Of a stretch of DNA of 64,000 bases, positions 1-8,752 are shown piece after piece. How positions within the stretch are numbered: position 1 is the first letter of the stretch; each line of letters begins with the position of its first letter. A program made the translations under genes and the position numbers. The notes under the pieces are model-generated. The model was not told where the DNA came from. It ran no database searches and was given only the letters and a program-made list of their open reading frames with translations. The DNA is taken from assembly GCA_051859245.1 (NCBI GenBank), contig JBHYGA010000006.1, positions 1 through 64,000 of the forward strand, written 5' to 3'. The stretch is from Gemmatimonadaceae bacterium (GTDB lineage: Bacteria > Gemmatimonadota > Gemmatimonadetes > Gemmatimonadales > Gemmatimonadaceae).

Positions 1-68
1 AGGCCGAATGGCCAGATGGCCGTGGGCTCCCGCTCAAGGGCCGAATGACCGAATCAGGAACTGCAACA
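1..68 (+). repeat. Copy 1 of ~65-bp dispersed repeat (cut by window edge)
   Basis: 1-64 matches 1224-1287 with 4 mismatches; its 3' end ACTGCAACA also matches the reverse complement of 1048-1055. Confidence 0.95.
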
Positions 69-93
69 ACTCCAAAGCGTCACGCCGAAAGCA

Positions 94-765
94 TCACCGC
101 CCAAACGCAATCCGAATCGCACGAATGCTGTCGCCAACGTGCGTCACGTGGAAATCAAATGTGCGGCCGTCATCCAGTTTGCCACTGGCCGTGATCACCA
201 CGAGATGATCTTCCACACGCGGCTTGAGTGTTTCGTTGTACTTGTTCGCGATGCCGCGCAGTGGCTTGAGTGCTTCGATTTCGCCGATGGTGACAACATT
301 GTCGGCCATGGCCGCCTGATAGTCAGCCCAGCGCACGAACCATACGGGGACGGCATTGCCGCTGGTCACGGCGATGAGCGGGAATGTGCCAAGCGGCGCA
401 TTCGGCTCGATCAGGAAAAAGCCATTGAGCAGGGTGGGTGAGGCAAATGCACCTGGGCCATCGGGTCCGGGGAAATGGAAGAACTCGAGCAGGTTGAAGT
501 TTGCTGGGATTGCGCTTGGCGCCCGATAGAACGGAATCGCGATCCACTCACCGTCGTGAAAAAACTGGTTGAGCCCCGGGAAGGCACGGGCATAGGCGGG
601 AATGCCGGGATCGGGGTTCGGCACGGTGACGCGTGTCATGCCGGCCTGTTCGGCGGCGCGGATCATGGCGGCGGTGTCGGGCGCGTCGAAGAGTGGTTCA
701 GCGACTTTTGACTGGCTGCAGGCCGCGAGCGACAGGACGAGCACGAGGGCGGGAAGCTTGGACAT
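94..765 (-). CDS. Hypothetical lipoprotein
   Basis: 223-aa ORF, MSK + hydrophobic stretch + lipobox LAAC, GGAG SD upstream; no family recognised. Confidence 0.8.
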   Translation of the reverse strand: MSKLPALVLVLSLAACSQSKVAEPLFDAPDTAAMIRAAEQAGMTRVTVPNPDPGIPAYARAFPGLNQFFHDGEWIAIPFYRAPSAIPANFNLLEFFHFPGPDGPGAFASPTLLNGFFLIEPNAPLGTFPLIAVTSGNAVPVWFVRWADYQAAMADNVVTIGEIEALKPLRGIANKYNETLKPRVEDHLVVITASGKLDDGRTFDFHVTHVGDSIRAIRIAFGR

Positions 766-902
766 ATGAGGCTCCGATAGCGGTGAAGCGACGCGCGATC
801 GTGCGCGCCGCTGGAGCCGACACAGTGGTAGCAGGGGGTAAACCGGCCGTGATCCGGGTGTGATCTGACCGCTTGCACTCTTTCCCCTGCCGAGCGTACG
901 CT

Positions 903-1028
903 ATGGCCATGCCCGCGCACTCGCTCGACTGGAGGGCGGACGCGGCAATCGCGTTGCCGGCCGATGGTGATCGGTACGAAGTGCTCGACGGCGAGTTGTT
1001 TGTGACGGACGGGTGGCGGAGCTGTTAG
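903..1028 (+). pseudogene. Truncated Uma2/DUF820 family endonuclease (N-terminal 41 aa only)
   Basis: Translates MAMPAHSLDWRADAAIALPADGDRYEVLDGELFVTDGWRSC*; W..D...LP.DG.RYE.LDGEL.VT is the typical Uma2 N-terminus; similarity is lost after VT and the stop falls just before the repeat. Confidence 0.7.
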
Positions 1029-1047
1029 CCGAGATGCTTCGGTACGC

Positions 1048-1116
1048 TGTTGCAGTTTCTGATTCGGTCATTTGGCCCTTGTGCCGGCGCCCACGGCCAT
1101 CTGGCCCTTCGGCCTC
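1048..1116 (-). repeat. Copy 2 of ~65-bp repeat (inverted)
   Basis: Reverse complement of 1052-1116 matches 1223-1287 with 3 mismatches in 65 nt. Confidence 0.95.
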
Positions 1117-1222
1117 ACCGTTTCGAACGGTTGCAGCTAGCACTCGTCTTGCATGAATAGCCCGTGCACGTTCGCCAGATGGTCAACCAACATTTGTGCT
1201 CGGTGCGGACTAACGAAAATGC

Positions 1223-1287
1223 GAGGCCGAAAGGCCAGATGGCCGTGGGCGCCGGCACAAGGGCCGAATGACCGAATCAGGAACTGC
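1223..1287 (+). repeat. Copy 3 of ~65-bp repeat
   Basis: GAGGCCGAAAGGCCAGATGGCCGTGGGCGCCGGCACAAGGGCCGAATGACCGAATCAGGAACTGC; forms an inverted pair with copy 2 around a 106-bp spacer. Confidence 0.95.
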
Positions 1288-1300
1288 GTGATGCTCCGCA

Positions 1301-1341
1301 GAAACAAAACGGGGGCGCGGATCACTGTCCGCGCCCCCGTT
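1301..1341 (-). terminator. Rho-independent terminator after the VPS10/BNR gene
   Basis: Stem AACGGGGGCGCGGA/TCCGCGCCCCCGTT running into TTTTGTTTC on the minus strand, ~20 nt after the stop at 1363. Confidence 0.85.
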
Positions 1342-1362
1342 CGACTTACCACACCACCAGCG

Positions 1363-4300
1363 CTAGAAAATCACACTCGTCCCCGTCAACGCGGGTACAA
1401 CAATCGGCGCGAGTCCGAGTGAGCGCAGTTTCTCGTTCAGCTTGGCCAGATCCTTGTCGAACAGCGCCTGCAGTTTGGTGAGCTGCGCATCCAGCTCGCC
1501 CGCAAGCACCGTGAACGCTTCCTGCGCCTGCGATGTGGGGCGGTTATCCGAGCTTTCAATCACGCCGCGCAGCGCCGCGAGCTGATTGTTGAGTTTGATC
1601 GGATAGTTGAGCGGATCCTGTGATGCCTGCATGCGTACCTGATAAATCTCGCCTTCCACCGCAGCGGTGTTCGTCTTGAACGCTGTGGCTTCCGTGCGCA
1701 GCGAGGCATCGGTGCTCTTGCTCAGGCGGTCATCAACCTGCGCGCGCACATCACGCACCTGCAGCACCGCGCGATGGGCATCGTCAACACGCTGCGCAAC
1801 CTGCGATGACAGCTTGAACTGCGCATCGAAGTCGGCCTGCGTGATGGTGGTGAGACGCGGATCGGCGACAATGTCAAACGACTCCGTGAACGTCTGTCCG
1901 TGCGCGGTCAGGCGTGCGGCATAACGGCCCGGCGGTGCGAGCGGGCCCTGCGTATTGGCCGACCACATGATGAGACCAGGGAAGTCGCGCGGGCCCGGAT
2001 AGCGCATGTCCCAGCGGAAGCGATGCTGACCGGCTGTGGCACGTGGGCCACCGCCACCACCAAACCCACCGCGTCCGCCGCCGCCAGCCGCGGGCGCGGC
2101 GCCAGCGTCTGCAGCGGCGCGCGGCGGCGTGCCAACATACGTGCGAATCACACGATTCTGCGCGTCAAGAATTTCAATGCGCACCGTGTCGGCGTCTTTG
2201 CCAAGGAAATAGTCAATCTCGGGCGTGAACTGCTTGCGACGCGAGTACGACTCCGCCGAACGCGACAACGTGCGTACGGTCGTTGCCGGCTTGAAGAGAA
2301 ACGCATCGCGCGACGCGACGTCTGCCGCCGCCTGCCGCAGCGGCGTGATGTTGTCGAGCACGTAGTACGACCGACCGTGTGTCGCGATCACAATGTCATC
2401 GCCCTTGAGCTGTAGCCCCGGGACCTGTACGGTGGGCAGGTTGAGTTGCAGCGATTGCCAGGAGAGTCCGTCGTCAAAGCTCACGAGTACGCCGCGCTCC
2501 GTACCTGCGTAGAGCAATCCGGGACGCTTGAGATCTTCGCGCACCGTGCGCACGTAGTGTCCTTCCGGAATCGTGTTCGTGATTTTCGTCCACGAACGAC
2601 CGTAGTCATTGGTGCGATACACATACGGCTGAATGTCCTGCGAACGGTAGCGCACCGCCGCCACGTATGCTTTGCCCGGCGTGTGCGGCGAGACATCGAT
2701 TTCGTGAATGCGACTGAACTTCGGCAAGCCCATGGGTGTGACATCGGTCCATGACTCACCGTCGTTGCGCGTGACATGCACTTTGCCATCGTCGCTTCCA
2801 ACCCAGAGCTCACCCTTCGCGTGTGACGATTCGGTAATGCGCCACACCGTGCCGTAGTACTCTACGCTCGTCTGGTCGCGCGTAATGTCACCGCCCGACG
2901 GACCGAGTGTCGCGGGATCTGCGTACGTGAGATCGCCGCTGATGCGCTTCCAGCTTTCCCCACCATTGTCAGAGCGCCACACATGCTGCGAGCCGACATA
3001 CACCACTTTCGTGTCGTGCGTAGACGCCGTGATCGGATGATTCCACTGGAATCGTTCCTTGATGTCGATGGCCGAGTTCCCCATGGGATTCACCGGCCAC
3101 ACGTTGACGGCGCGCTGCTGTCCGGTGACGCGTGACATGAAGCTCATCGATCCGCCATAACACGCGGCGTAAAACAGATCGACATCACCTGGATGCGGAG
3201 TGACAGGGCCGGTTTCGCAGCCGCCGGGCGCATACATGTATGCGCCGTCGCCATCCATGGGAACGCAGGCGGTGCTGTTGTCCTGCTGGCCGCCACAAAT
3301 TTGGTACGGGAAGTGATTGGTGAGTCGAACGTCGTACATCTGCGCGGTGGGGAACGTCTGACCCGTCCAGGACGCGCCGGCATTCCAGCTCACGTTCGCA
3401 CCACCATCGTTGCTCTGAATCATGCGGCTCGGATTGTCGCTCGCGATCCAGAGATCATGATTGTCGCCGTGCGGCACGCCAATCGTTTGCCACGTTTTAC
3501 CGCCGTCGCGCGAACGATGAAAGTTCACGTTCAGCACGTACACGGTTTCCTTGTCTTTTGGATCCGCCACAATGCGCGTGTAATAGAACGCGCGCTGACG
3601 CAGATTGCGGTTGTCGCTCACCTGGGTGAACGTGGCGCCGGCGTCATTTGAAACAAACACACCGCCCGAATCCGCCTCCACAATGGCGTAGACACGATTG
3701 CGATCCGCACCGCTCACGCTCACGCCCACTTTGCCCCACGTGCCTTTGGGCAATCCTGCGTTCTTGGTGAGTTCGGTCCACGTGCTGCCACCATCGGTGC
3801 TCTTGAACAATCCGGAGCCCGGCCCACCGGACGACAGCATCCATTCTTTGCGATACGCCTCCCACAAGCCGGCGTACAGCGTGTTGCTGTCAGACGGATC
3901 AATGAAGAGATCCACCGCGCCGGTTTTGTTGTCGCGATGCAGCACACGCTCCCACGTGGTTCCACCATTCATGGTGCGATACACACCGCGTTCGTCACTC
4001 GGCCCGTACGGATCACCAAGCGCGGCGACAAACAGTCGTTCGCAGTTGGCGGGATCCACGCGAATGCGACCGATCATCTGTTGACCGGTTTTTGACGCGA
4101 GTCCCATGTGTTTCCATGTACGACCGGCGTCGGTGCTCTTGTACACACCGTCACCCGGAATCACGTTGCCGCGGAATTGCACTTCACCCATGCCGGCCCA
4201 GATGATGTCCGGATTGGCTTCACACTGCGCGATGGCGCCAACGGATGATGTGGCAAACTGGCCGTCACCAACGGCGGACCACGTGTTGCCGGCGTCGGTG

Positions 4301-4566
4301 GTTTTCCAGACACCACCACCAGTGGCGCCGAAGTAGTACTCGAGCGGGCGGGCTGTTGTGCCGGTCACGGCGATCGAACGGCCACCACGATTGGGGCCAA
4401 CGTTTCGCCAAGACAGGCTGCCGTAGAGTGACGCGGGAACGGCCGCGGCGGTGGCAGCGGGCGCCGAGCGCGCGGCTGTTTGCGCGTGCGCCGGCGAGAG
4501 GGCGAAGGAGGCGAGCACGCCGGTAGCGGCGAGCGCTCGTGCGGAGAGGCGAGGTAAGGCGGGCAT
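1363..4566 (-). CDS. Secreted VPS10/sortilin-like BNR (Asp-box) repeat glycosyl hydrolase
   Basis: 1067 aa, signal peptide (AHA-Q), WRNVGPNRGGR start, many S.D.G.TW Asp-boxes, ATHGRS motif, C-terminal helical tail. Confidence 0.9.
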   Translation of the reverse strand: MPALPRLSARALAATGVLASFALSPAHAQTAARSAPAATAAAVPASLYGSLSWRNVGPNRGGRSIAVTGTTARPLEYYFGATGGGVWKTTDAGNTWSAVGDGQFATSSVGAIAQCEANPDIIWAGMGEVQFRGNVIPGDGVYKSTDAGRTWKHMGLASKTGQQMIGRIRVDPANCERLFVAALGDPYGPSDERGVYRTMNGGTTWERVLHRDNKTGAVDLFIDPSDSNTLYAGLWEAYRKEWMLSSGGPGSGLFKSTDGGSTWTELTKNAGLPKGTWGKVGVSVSGADRNRVYAIVEADSGGVFVSNDAGATFTQVSDNRNLRQRAFYYTRIVADPKDKETVYVLNVNFHRSRDGGKTWQTIGVPHGDNHDLWIASDNPSRMIQSNDGGANVSWNAGASWTGQTFPTAQMYDVRLTNHFPYQICGGQQDNSTACVPMDGDGAYMYAPGGCETGPVTPHPGDVDLFYAACYGGSMSFMSRVTGQQRAVNVWPVNPMGNSAIDIKERFQWNHPITASTHDTKVVYVGSQHVWRSDNGGESWKRISGDLTYADPATLGPSGGDITRDQTSVEYYGTVWRITESSHAKGELWVGSDDGKVHVTRNDGESWTDVTPMGLPKFSRIHEIDVSPHTPGKAYVAAVRYRSQDIQPYVYRTNDYGRSWTKITNTIPEGHYVRTVREDLKRPGLLYAGTERGVLVSFDDGLSWQSLQLNLPTVQVPGLQLKGDDIVIATHGRSYYVLDNITPLRQAAADVASRDAFLFKPATTVRTLSRSAESYSRRKQFTPEIDYFLGKDADTVRIEILDAQNRVIRTYVGTPPRAAADAGAAPAAGGGGRGGFGGGGGPRATAGQHRFRWDMRYPGPRDFPGLIMWSANTQGPLAPPGRYAARLTAHGQTFTESFDIVADPRLTTITQADFDAQFKLSSQVAQRVDDAHRAVLQVRDVRAQVDDRLSKSTDASLRTEATAFKTNTAAVEGEIYQVRMQASQDPLNYPIKLNNQLAALRGVIESSDNRPTSQAQEAFTVLAGELDAQLTKLQALFDKDLAKLNEKLRSLGLAPIVVPALTGTSVIF

Positions 4567-4710
4567 GGCAGGGCCGAGTGAGGGTATCGAGGTCGGCGGG
4601 TGGGACGGGACGATTGTTGAAGGTGTCAGAGGGTGTACGGCGAGGCAAGGTTTGGTGCAAAGCGAGGATCGACGGGATATGTTCTGGCGACCCGATGACC
4701 GGAGATTCTG

Positions 4711-6618
4711 ATGATCGACGTATCACTTCGCGCGACGTTGCCGATTATGGTCGCGATTGGACTGGCCACGCTTTTCACTGTCGACGCGTCAAACACGCAA
4801 CGAGCGGCACCGAGTTTTCCGTTCGATGAGCGCGTTCAGGATGCGGTAGCGCGCGCCGTGCCGCTCATGCAAAACTCGGCGGACACGTGGTTTGAGCGAC
4901 GGTCGTGCGCATCGTGTCATCATCAGGGTTTGGGAACGATCGCGATGTCGGTGATTCACGAGCAGGGCTATCCGGTCGACACGTCGCGACTGTACGCACA
5001 AGCCGTGCGCACGATGCGACAGCCGGCGAACTGGCAGGAGCGATTTCTTGTCGCCGATGTGAGTATCAATCAATCGATCGGACAAACGTATCGCGCGATT
5101 GGTGCGGCTGCGGCCGGATATCCTAACAACGATCGCATGCAGGCGGTGGCACACCTCACGGCCGGTCAGCAGCACGCCAGTGGTCGCTGGAGTTCCAACT
5201 CGCGCCGACCGCCGTTGGAAGATTCGGAAGTCACCGCGACGGCGCTTGGTATTCGCACGCTGATGCTGTTTCCAATAGAAAATCGTCGCGCCGAGTTTGC
5301 CGAGCGAATTGAACGGGCGACCCGCTGGTTGCTCGCGATGACGCCATCGTCAAATGAAGAGCGCGTGATGCAGCTGCTGGGTGCGATGTGGGGTGGCGCG
5401 GACCGCGCGGCCCTCGCGGCGCCGGCGCGCGCGTTGCTCGCCGAACAACGCGCTGATGGGGGCTGGGCCCAGGTCGCGACGCGCGAGTCCGATGCGTATG
5501 CCACGGGTCAGGCGCTCGTGGCACTCAGTCAGGCGGCGGGCATCAGCCTGCGCGACGCGAGGCTCGCACGCGGAGTTGCGTATCTGCTCAACACGCAGTT
5601 TGACGACGGCTCGTGGCGCGTGCCAACGACTCGCACGCGCGCGGAGGGCCTGCCGTACTTTGAAAGCGGATTTCCACACGGACGAGATCAGTTCATTTCG
5701 TACGCGGGTACCGCATGGGCAACCATGGCGCTTGCTCTCACCAAACGTGACGCGCGTTCGTTGGTCTTCACGACGCAAGCATCACACCGGATCACGATGC
5801 CTGCGGACACCACGGTTGATGGATTGACCGCACTGCAACGCGCCGGTATGTACGGTACGCTCGATCAGATGAAACAGCTGCTCGCGGCTGGCGTTTCGGT
5901 GCACGATACGAGTCCAAGCGGAGCCACGGCGCTAATGGCAGCGGCGCATGATGTGGACAAGGTGCGACTCTTGCTGGACGCGGGTGCACCAATCAACCCG
6001 GAATCGCGCGGCGGGCAGACGGCGCTGCAGCTGGCCGCGAACTATTCCGGTGCATCCGCGAGCGCGCGATTGTTGCTGGAGCGAGGTGCGACACAGGAGC
6101 GCGCGATTCGCACCACAAGCAGTGCGCCCGTGACTGCCTTTACATTCGCGTTACTACGCGGCGATACGGCGCTCGCGCAACTACTCCTGGATCGTGGCGC
6201 GAACGTGAATGGACCGGAGGGCGCATCAGTTTCGCCGCTTATGGCGGCAACATGGCACGCCGATGCACCCGCGGCACGGTGGCTACTTGCGCGCGGCGCC
6301 CTGGTTGACGACCGTGAGCGACCGCAAGGACAGGCTGCCATGACGCCTCTAATGGTGGCAGCTGAGGATGGCGGCCTGGAAGTCGCAAAAGTGCTGCTCG
6401 AATACCGGGCGAACGTACACCAGCAAGATCGAGAAGGTCTTACGGCTTTGCATCATGCAGCCGCGGCGCCCGACCGCGGCAACACGGCGATCGTTGACGC
6501 GTTGCTCGCGGCGGGCGCAAATCCGCGAGCGTTAACTATCAAAGAGGAAACTCCGGCTGCGCTTGCTCGGCAATATCAAAAATCGCTGGTGCTTTCACGG
6601 CTTGAAAAGCTGCCGTAG
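4711..6618 (+). CDS. Prenyltransferase/squalene-cyclase-like repeat barrel fused to ankyrin repeats, with CxxCH motif
   Basis: QHASGRW, QRADGGW and QFDDGSW repeats; ankyrin motifs G.TAL..AA, TPLM.AA, LL..GA.VN; SCASCHHQ near the N-terminus. Confidence 0.8.
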   Translation: MIDVSLRATLPIMVAIGLATLFTVDASNTQRAAPSFPFDERVQDAVARAVPLMQNSADTWFERRSCASCHHQGLGTIAMSVIHEQGYPVDTSRLYAQAVRTMRQPANWQERFLVADVSINQSIGQTYRAIGAAAAGYPNNDRMQAVAHLTAGQQHASGRWSSNSRRPPLEDSEVTATALGIRTLMLFPIENRRAEFAERIERATRWLLAMTPSSNEERVMQLLGAMWGGADRAALAAPARALLAEQRADGGWAQVATRESDAYATGQALVALSQAAGISLRDARLARGVAYLLNTQFDDGSWRVPTTRTRAEGLPYFESGFPHGRDQFISYAGTAWATMALALTKRDARSLVFTTQASHRITMPADTTVDGLTALQRAGMYGTLDQMKQLLAAGVSVHDTSPSGATALMAAAHDVDKVRLLLDAGAPINPESRGGQTALQLAANYSGASASARLLLERGATQERAIRTTSSAPVTAFTFALLRGDTALAQLLLDRGANVNGPEGASVSPLMAATWHADAPAARWLLARGALVDDRERPQGQAAMTPLMVAAEDGGLEVAKVLLEYRANVHQQDREGLTALHHAAAAPDRGNTAIVDALLAAGANPRALTIKEETPAALARQYQKSLVLSRLEKLP

Positions 6619-6628
6619 ATACAGACGA

Positions 6629-7498
6629 TCAGCGTGTCAGACGCAGTTCGACCACCACCGGTCGGTGATCCGAGGCGAGCACCGGCGGCACCATGGCGGT
6701 GTGCGTGCGAAAATGTGGTGTTGCGAGTACGTAGTCGATGCGCCGGAGCGGTTCGGTGGCCGGATAGGTGAGCCCCGATCCAAACTCGGCGCGCCACACG
6801 TCGGCAATGGCGTTGAAGAGTGGCGCAAGCTCTGGTGCATCTGGCGGCGCGTTCAGGTCACCGAGTAGCAGGGTCGGACCGGTCGAGGTTTTCAGCGCCT
6901 CGAGCATTTCCGTTACTTGCAGCGTGCGCACATCGGGCTCGGTGCGATAGTCAAGATGGGTGTTCAACACTCGCACACGCATGCCGTTCACGTTGACAAT
7001 AGCGTCGAGCAATCCCGGCATGCGCTCTGGCGTTGTAGCGGGCGTTTGCGTGGAGAGTCTCGACAGCATCTGATTGTTGAACTCCACGATGGGAAATCGA
7101 CTGAGCAGCGCAACGCCGAACTCACGCGCCGGCGCGCCCGGTGTTTCCGGCGGATTGCGATAGATGTACGCAAACCGTACCTGCATGTTCAGCGATTCGC
7201 CGAGCAGCGTGGCCTGGTCGGCAAAGTTGCTCCGTGCCGACCACCGTGCGTCGACCTCCTGCAGCGCGACAAGATCTGGCGCTGCGGCGCGGATCACATC
7301 GGTAATCGCATTCAGATTATTGTTGCCGGCCGCAATGTTGTACGACATCACTTTGACCGGTATTTCGGTCGACCGGGAGAACGGCTGGCGGCAGGCGGAG
7401 AGGACGACCAGACTGGCGAGACTGAGCGCCCCGGCAAATCGAAGGGCGCTCCGCAGCGTGTGATGAACTGAATGAGCAGCCTGACCGAGTCTGTACAT
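6629..7498 (-). CDS. Endonuclease/exonuclease/phosphatase (EEP) family lipoprotein (start uncertain)
   Basis: Motifs SYNI, ALQEV, NTHL, LGDLN, RIDY, SDHRPV; lipobox LSAC. Confidence 0.9.
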   Translation of the reverse strand: MYRLGQAAHSVHHTLRSALRFAGALSLASLVVLSACRQPFSRSTEIPVKVMSYNIAAGNNNLNAITDVIRAAAPDLVALQEVDARWSARSNFADQATLLGESLNMQVRFAYIYRNPPETPGAPAREFGVALLSRFPIVEFNNQMLSRLSTQTPATTPERMPGLLDAIVNVNGMRVRVLNTHLDYRTEPDVRTLQVTEMLEALKTSTGPTLLLGDLNAPPDAPELAPLFNAIADVWRAEFGSGLTYPATEPLRRIDYVLATPHFRTHTAMVPPVLASDHRPVVVELRLTR

Positions 7499-7672
7499 CG
7501 CGCGCTCCGTAGAAGCAGTGTGGCAGCCAGGGTGAACACGCCACGAGCGCAGAGACCGTGGAGATCTGCGCGCGAACATGCGTGCCTCGACTATACACCA
7601 CAGACGCACAGATCGACACGCGAGGCCAACCGAACCAGCGTCCGTCGCTCGCCGGCGCCGGGCAGTGGGGCG

Positions 7673-8674
7673 TCAGGTGCCCTCGGCTGCTGACCCGAAG
7701 GCGATGACATGTCGCTGCTCATCGAGCACTTCGAACGCGTGATCCTGCATGACAAACTGCAGCGTCTGACCGAGATACGCGGGGTTTGCGAATGACATCT
7801 GAAAGCGTGTGAGCGGGAACCCCGCTCGCACGAGTTCACGGAGCATGGCGTTCCGCAGTCCGAGTCCCTGCAAAAATGGTCGTTTCATGCCAAACATTCG
7901 GGCGGCCAGTTTGGTTGTGTGTACGGGATTGAAGTCGCCCGAGACGGCGCCGAACTTGCGCCCCATATCCTGCGTGATCACGATCGGTGCAACACGCGTT
8001 CCGCTGGCGCTGATATCGAGCTGTGGTTCGCGTTTGCGAAGTCCCGAAATGCTGCGAATGAGTGCACGACCACTGGTGAGTGCGGCCAGGTCAGCGGCGG
8101 GAACCGAGCGAATCATGAATCGGTCATTCACCGTGCCGAGCAGTTCGCCGCCCTGTTGACGCGGACGATGAATGGCAATGCGGAGCGCGATCATGGCTTT
8201 GCCGTCACCGAGTCGCCAGGCTTCCTGGAGGCTGGCGTGCAGTTCCTGATCATCGGCCTCGATCCAGTCATGCACCTGCGCGTAGTGCGTGGTTTGATGC
8301 TGTAAATGCAACAAGTGCCGGAAATTGATGCCGAGATCGCGAAAGATGCGCGTGTACAGCAGTGTGCCCACACTCTGGTTGTACAGATATGGCACCGCAG
8401 TGTCCGGCTGACCATCTGCTGTCACGGTACCAAACAATGTGTGCCACTTCGCACGCAGCGCTGGTGTGATGTGTACAGGTGCCGCGTACGATTTGACACG
8501 CGCCGTTTGCAGCCGGTGGGTCGTTGTGAGATTTCGTATTGTGGTCGCCCAGTATTCACGTGCGTAGCGAAAGCCATCGCTCACGCAGGGCAGATTTACC
8601 AGTGACTGCGCATCAGGCGCGATAGCCACCACACCCATCGCGGCGGTGTGCGTGGAGATGCGTTCCATCGTCAT
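7673..8674 (-). CDS. MaoC/PaaZ-type (double hotdog) acyl dehydratase
   Basis: Hydratase motif FGAVSGDFNPVH, followed by FANPAYLG. Confidence 0.8.
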   Translation of the reverse strand: MTMERISTHTAAMGVVAIAPDAQSLVNLPCVSDGFRYAREYWATTIRNLTTTHRLQTARVKSYAAPVHITPALRAKWHTLFGTVTADGQPDTAVPYLYNQSVGTLLYTRIFRDLGINFRHLLHLQHQTTHYAQVHDWIEADDQELHASLQEAWRLGDGKAMIALRIAIHRPRQQGGELLGTVNDRFMIRSVPAADLAALTSGRALIRSISGLRKREPQLDISASGTRVAPIVITQDMGRKFGAVSGDFNPVHTTKLAARMFGMKRPFLQGLGLRNAMLRELVRAGFPLTRFQMSFANPAYLGQTLQFVMQDHAFEVLDEQRHVIAFGSAAEGT

Positions 8675-8752
8675 GTCGTACGGTCCTGGGCCAACGGTGG
8701 GAAGTTGCCCGGAATATGCCTCTCGCGCAGAAATGCGCTATAGTTTCCCGCC

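Noticed and set aside
1024..1214. GTTAGCC and GACTAAC as integron attC core sites
   Set aside because: Neither fully fits GTTRRRY/RYYYAAC, no attC-like hairpin joins them in the right order, and no integrase is present
1223..1240. GAGGCCGAAAGGCC resembling hammerhead ribozyme stem II
   Set aside because: Flanking CUGANGA and GAAA core nucleotides are absent, and the GAAA loop is not conserved in the other copies
1..1287. Repeats as a CRISPR array
   Set aside because: Units are 65 bp, alternate in orientation, are irregularly spaced, and there are no cas genes
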